Source: Vermamoeba vermiformis (Eukaryota). Taken from it: a DNA stretch of 20,000 nucleotides. Shown in pieces: positions 17,703-20,000 of the stretch. The stretch is from positions 49,265 through 69,264 of the forward strand of contig JBEWZL010000103.1 in assembly GCA_045837725.1 (NCBI GenBank), given 5' to 3'. The notes under the pieces are model-generated. The model did not search any database, had not been told where the DNA came from, and worked only from the letters and a program-made list of their open reading frames with translations. Position 1 is the first letter of the stretch, and each line of letters opens with the position of its first letter. Made by a program: the position numbers and the translations under genes.

Positions 17703-19405
17703 TTACAAATTTGCAGTAGCTACCAAAGATCCGCCGTCAACTGGGATGACAATACCAGTAACGTAAGCAGAAGCCTATATTACCATTCATTAATAAAAAT
17801 AATACATATATAAGTTAAGATCAAGCACGTACCTTGGAACATAAATACAAAGTCACACCTGCAATGTCATTCGGATGGCCGTAACGCTTGAAGACTGTTG
17901 AATCTTTGTATCGCTCGCCAGTCATTTCAATAATACCCTAAGTTATATAATACATTAGTTCCTACCCCTCTAATAATTATTTCATTTAAATCAACTTTTC
18001 CGAAAAAAAAAATTGGAGCGGATCCGAAATTTAGTTCTCAGATCTGAGAAAGAAAATTTGAGAAGTAGACTTACCTTTGACATTTTTGTGGGGAACATGC
18101 CCGGGGCAATAGCATTGACAGCAATATTATCGTTTCCTAAATGTCTGGCCAAAATTCTGGTGACTTGATTGACCGCTGATTTGCTCGCGGCGTACGCAAT
18201 GACCCACGCTTCAGTCACGCCCAATCCAGCCACTGAACTCGTGTTGATCACGCGGGCGGGGTCTTCTGGCGTACCTGCTGCCTTGAGCAGTGCGTGGCAC
18301 TCACGTGTCAAGAAGAAAATGGCCTAAATGTGACACCTGTCAGTTGGATCCATCACGTAAAAAATTCCCTCTTAGATTAGAGCTCCAATAATTAGATCGA
18401 TATGATTAATTATGATAAATTAATGGCGCTAATAAAAATACTGTATCGTTTTTAATAATTTTGTGCTTAATTCAAGATCCACATCCGGAACTAAATCCGG
18501 ATTCCAGTTCCAATCACGTAATATTGATATTTAATTATTAAATAGGTTTATATAATAATTACCTTAACGTTAATAGCGTGGATTTTGTCCCAAGCTTCAT
18601 TTGGATAAGAAAAGAAATCAGCTCCCCATGTAGCGCCTAAAAATTTCAGATCAGATAAACGATCGAGAATATATTACCATATATAATATTAACATAACAT
18701 ACCTGCATTGTTAATTAAGAAATCAAGCTTGTTTTCGTGTTTTTTTAAGTCTTCGGCAAGTTTCTTGCATCCTTCTTCGGTCGACACATCCGCTGGCAAT
18801 GCCTTAGCTTGACCAGGGACTATAATATATTGTTTAATTAGTATATTTGAATGTATTTTGATATTCTGATATAGCAAATTATTCATTGTTATTGATATTT
18901 ACCGATCTTGTCCAAAGTTTTTACAGCGGATTCGCATTCACTGGCTTTACGAGAGCTAATGTACACTTTAGCTCCATTAGTTACGAGTGCTTCGGCCATC
19001 TATATAATAATAACATTAGTAAGTAAGCACCGGATCTTGAGGCAACAAAATTTTGGATCTTGGGTAAAATAAAAAATACCAAAATTACAAATGCGAGATT
19101 ATATTGTTCAAAATAAATAGTAATATTATTTCTATATAATACAGTCCTTATTGTTAATTTCTGATTGCAGCCCAAAAATTTCCGTAATTGAAATAAAAAC
19201 AATTTGACCGTTAAATATTTACAAGGCACAACAATACTAATAGCGAACACTAATGAACATGTATATATTAATATATTTAATAAGTTTGTACGATGGTGCG
19301 CAGCGTAACTTCAGTTTGAAATCTTACCGCCAATCCCAAGCCACGACTTCCACCAGTAATCAAAGCGACTTTGCCTTTAACTGAGAACAAACTTTGAACG
19401 TCCAT
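17703..19405 (-). CDS. Classical short-chain dehydrogenase/reductase (RhlG-like)
   Basis: Exons 19405-19328, 18999-18903, 18819-18703, 18636-18563, 18323-18075, 17937-17833 and 17774-17703. Motifs LFSVKGKVALITGGSRGLG, YISSRK, LINNAG, DPARVINTSSVAG, catalytic YAASK, VNAIAPG and IPVDGG; ends TANL*. Confidence 0.92.
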
Positions 19406-19553
19406 TGTAAGGTATGTAATATAATTAGCGACTTATGGTCAAATCCAACAAACACAAACAAAATAGATTTTTTTATTTTACAAATTTATGTGGGCAGATA
19501 TTTTTACATCATTCTTGTTTTTAATTATTGTATATTATTTTTGGCTTAATCAG

Positions 19554-19874
19554 CTATTTGTTTGGCTTCTGCTGTTTATCTCTCACTTTCCAAATCTCGA
19601 TCAATTCTTCCATGGGCGGGTGTCGCCATCTACATTTATCTCCGAATCGACAATATCCATATGTAACTAATGGATTGCAATTAGATGGGATAATAACCTT
19701 GACTGGATTTGGCGGTGACGGTGGGAATTCGCATTCTAAAACTAATTCCTTCAGCGGTTCTTCTTCTTTAATTAGGGTGTTAGTAAATTGGGTGCGTTGA
19801 GGGGTGAGTGAGTTCATCGCGATTTGGTTTGAAGATTTAGAATTCTGAACTTTATGACAGGCAAGTGCCATCAT
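19554..19874 (-). CDS. Small intronless single CCCH zinc-finger protein (106 aa)
   Basis: C-x8-C-x5-C-x3-H finger CNPLVTYGYCRFGDKCRWRH, preceded by a Pro-rich segment. A paralogous C-terminus lies immediately upstream. Confidence 0.7.
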   Translation of the reverse strand: MMALACHKVQNSKSSNQIAMNSLTPQRTQFTNTLIKEEEPLKELVLECEFPPSPPNPVKVIIPSNCNPLVTYGYCRFGDKCRWRHPPMEELIEIWKVRDKQQKPNK

Positions 19875-19958
19875 TTACAAATTTTCGATTTTGTACAAAA
19901 TTTATGCGGATTTTACATCTTTGTTGTTTTAAAGTGTTGTATATTATTTATTGCTTAA

Positions 19959-20000
19959 TCAGCTATTTTCCACGATGTTTGGCTTCTGCTGTGCATCTTT
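19959..20000 (-). CDS. 3' end of a tandem paralogue of the CCCH gene (runs off the right edge)
   Basis: Minus-strand frame KDAQQKPNIVENS* aligns with RDKQQKPNK* of the 19554-19874 gene, and the 3' flanks are homologous. Confidence 0.6.
   Translation of the reverse strand, partial: KDAQQKPNIVENS

Larger units (their letters stand above)
19478..20000. repeat. Diverged direct repeat, about 19478-19580 versus about 19893-20000
   Basis: The copies share the blocks ACAAA(A)TTTATG, TTTTACATC, TTGTATATTATTT, GCTTAATCAGCTATTT and TGTTTGGCTTCTGCTGT in the same order. Confidence 0.85.

Noticed and set aside
18981-19250. 89-aa hydrophobic minus-strand ORF
   Set aside because: It lies in the AT-rich first intron of the SDR gene, and its hydrophobicity reflects T-richness.
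1-20000. Prokaryotic features (operon, CRISPR array, IS element, bacterial contamination), tRNA/rRNA genes, or an alternative genetic code
   Set aside because: All larger genes, including the bacterial-type ones, have spliceosomal introns, and the exons I translated read in the standard code with no internal stops. I saw no regularly spaced repeats, transposase, tRNA cloverleaf or rRNA-like sequence.

Overview
A compact, AT-rich, intron-dense eukaryotic window using the standard genetic code. Introns are mostly about 45-330 nt with GTAAG/GTACG donors, CTAAY branch points and YAG or occasional AAG acceptors. The gene content and poly-Asn tracts suggest a protist, probably an amoebozoan (inference). 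The supplied ORF track shows only exon fragments. Manual splicing gives these genes in order: a GPR137-like membrane protein (-, runs off the left edge), CRYZL1 (-), a DCAF-like WD40 protein ending in CaaX (+), a secreted and probably GPI-anchored right-handed beta-helix protein (+), a 496-aa Thg1-like 3'-5' polymerase with a long C-terminal extension ending in a dsRBD-like domain (+), a bacterial-type TlpA thioredoxin-fold protein (-), nucleoporin Nup93/Nic96 (+), an RhlG-like SDR (-), and a small CCCH zinc-finger gene with the tail of a tandem paralogue at the right edge (-). The most interesting signals are the TLP-dsRBD-like fusion (candidate 5'-end repair or editing enzyme for structured RNAs), three consecutive intron-containing bacterial-type genes, and recurrent GATC/ATCCG palindromic clusters inside introns. 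All homology calls come from motif recognition; no database searches were run.
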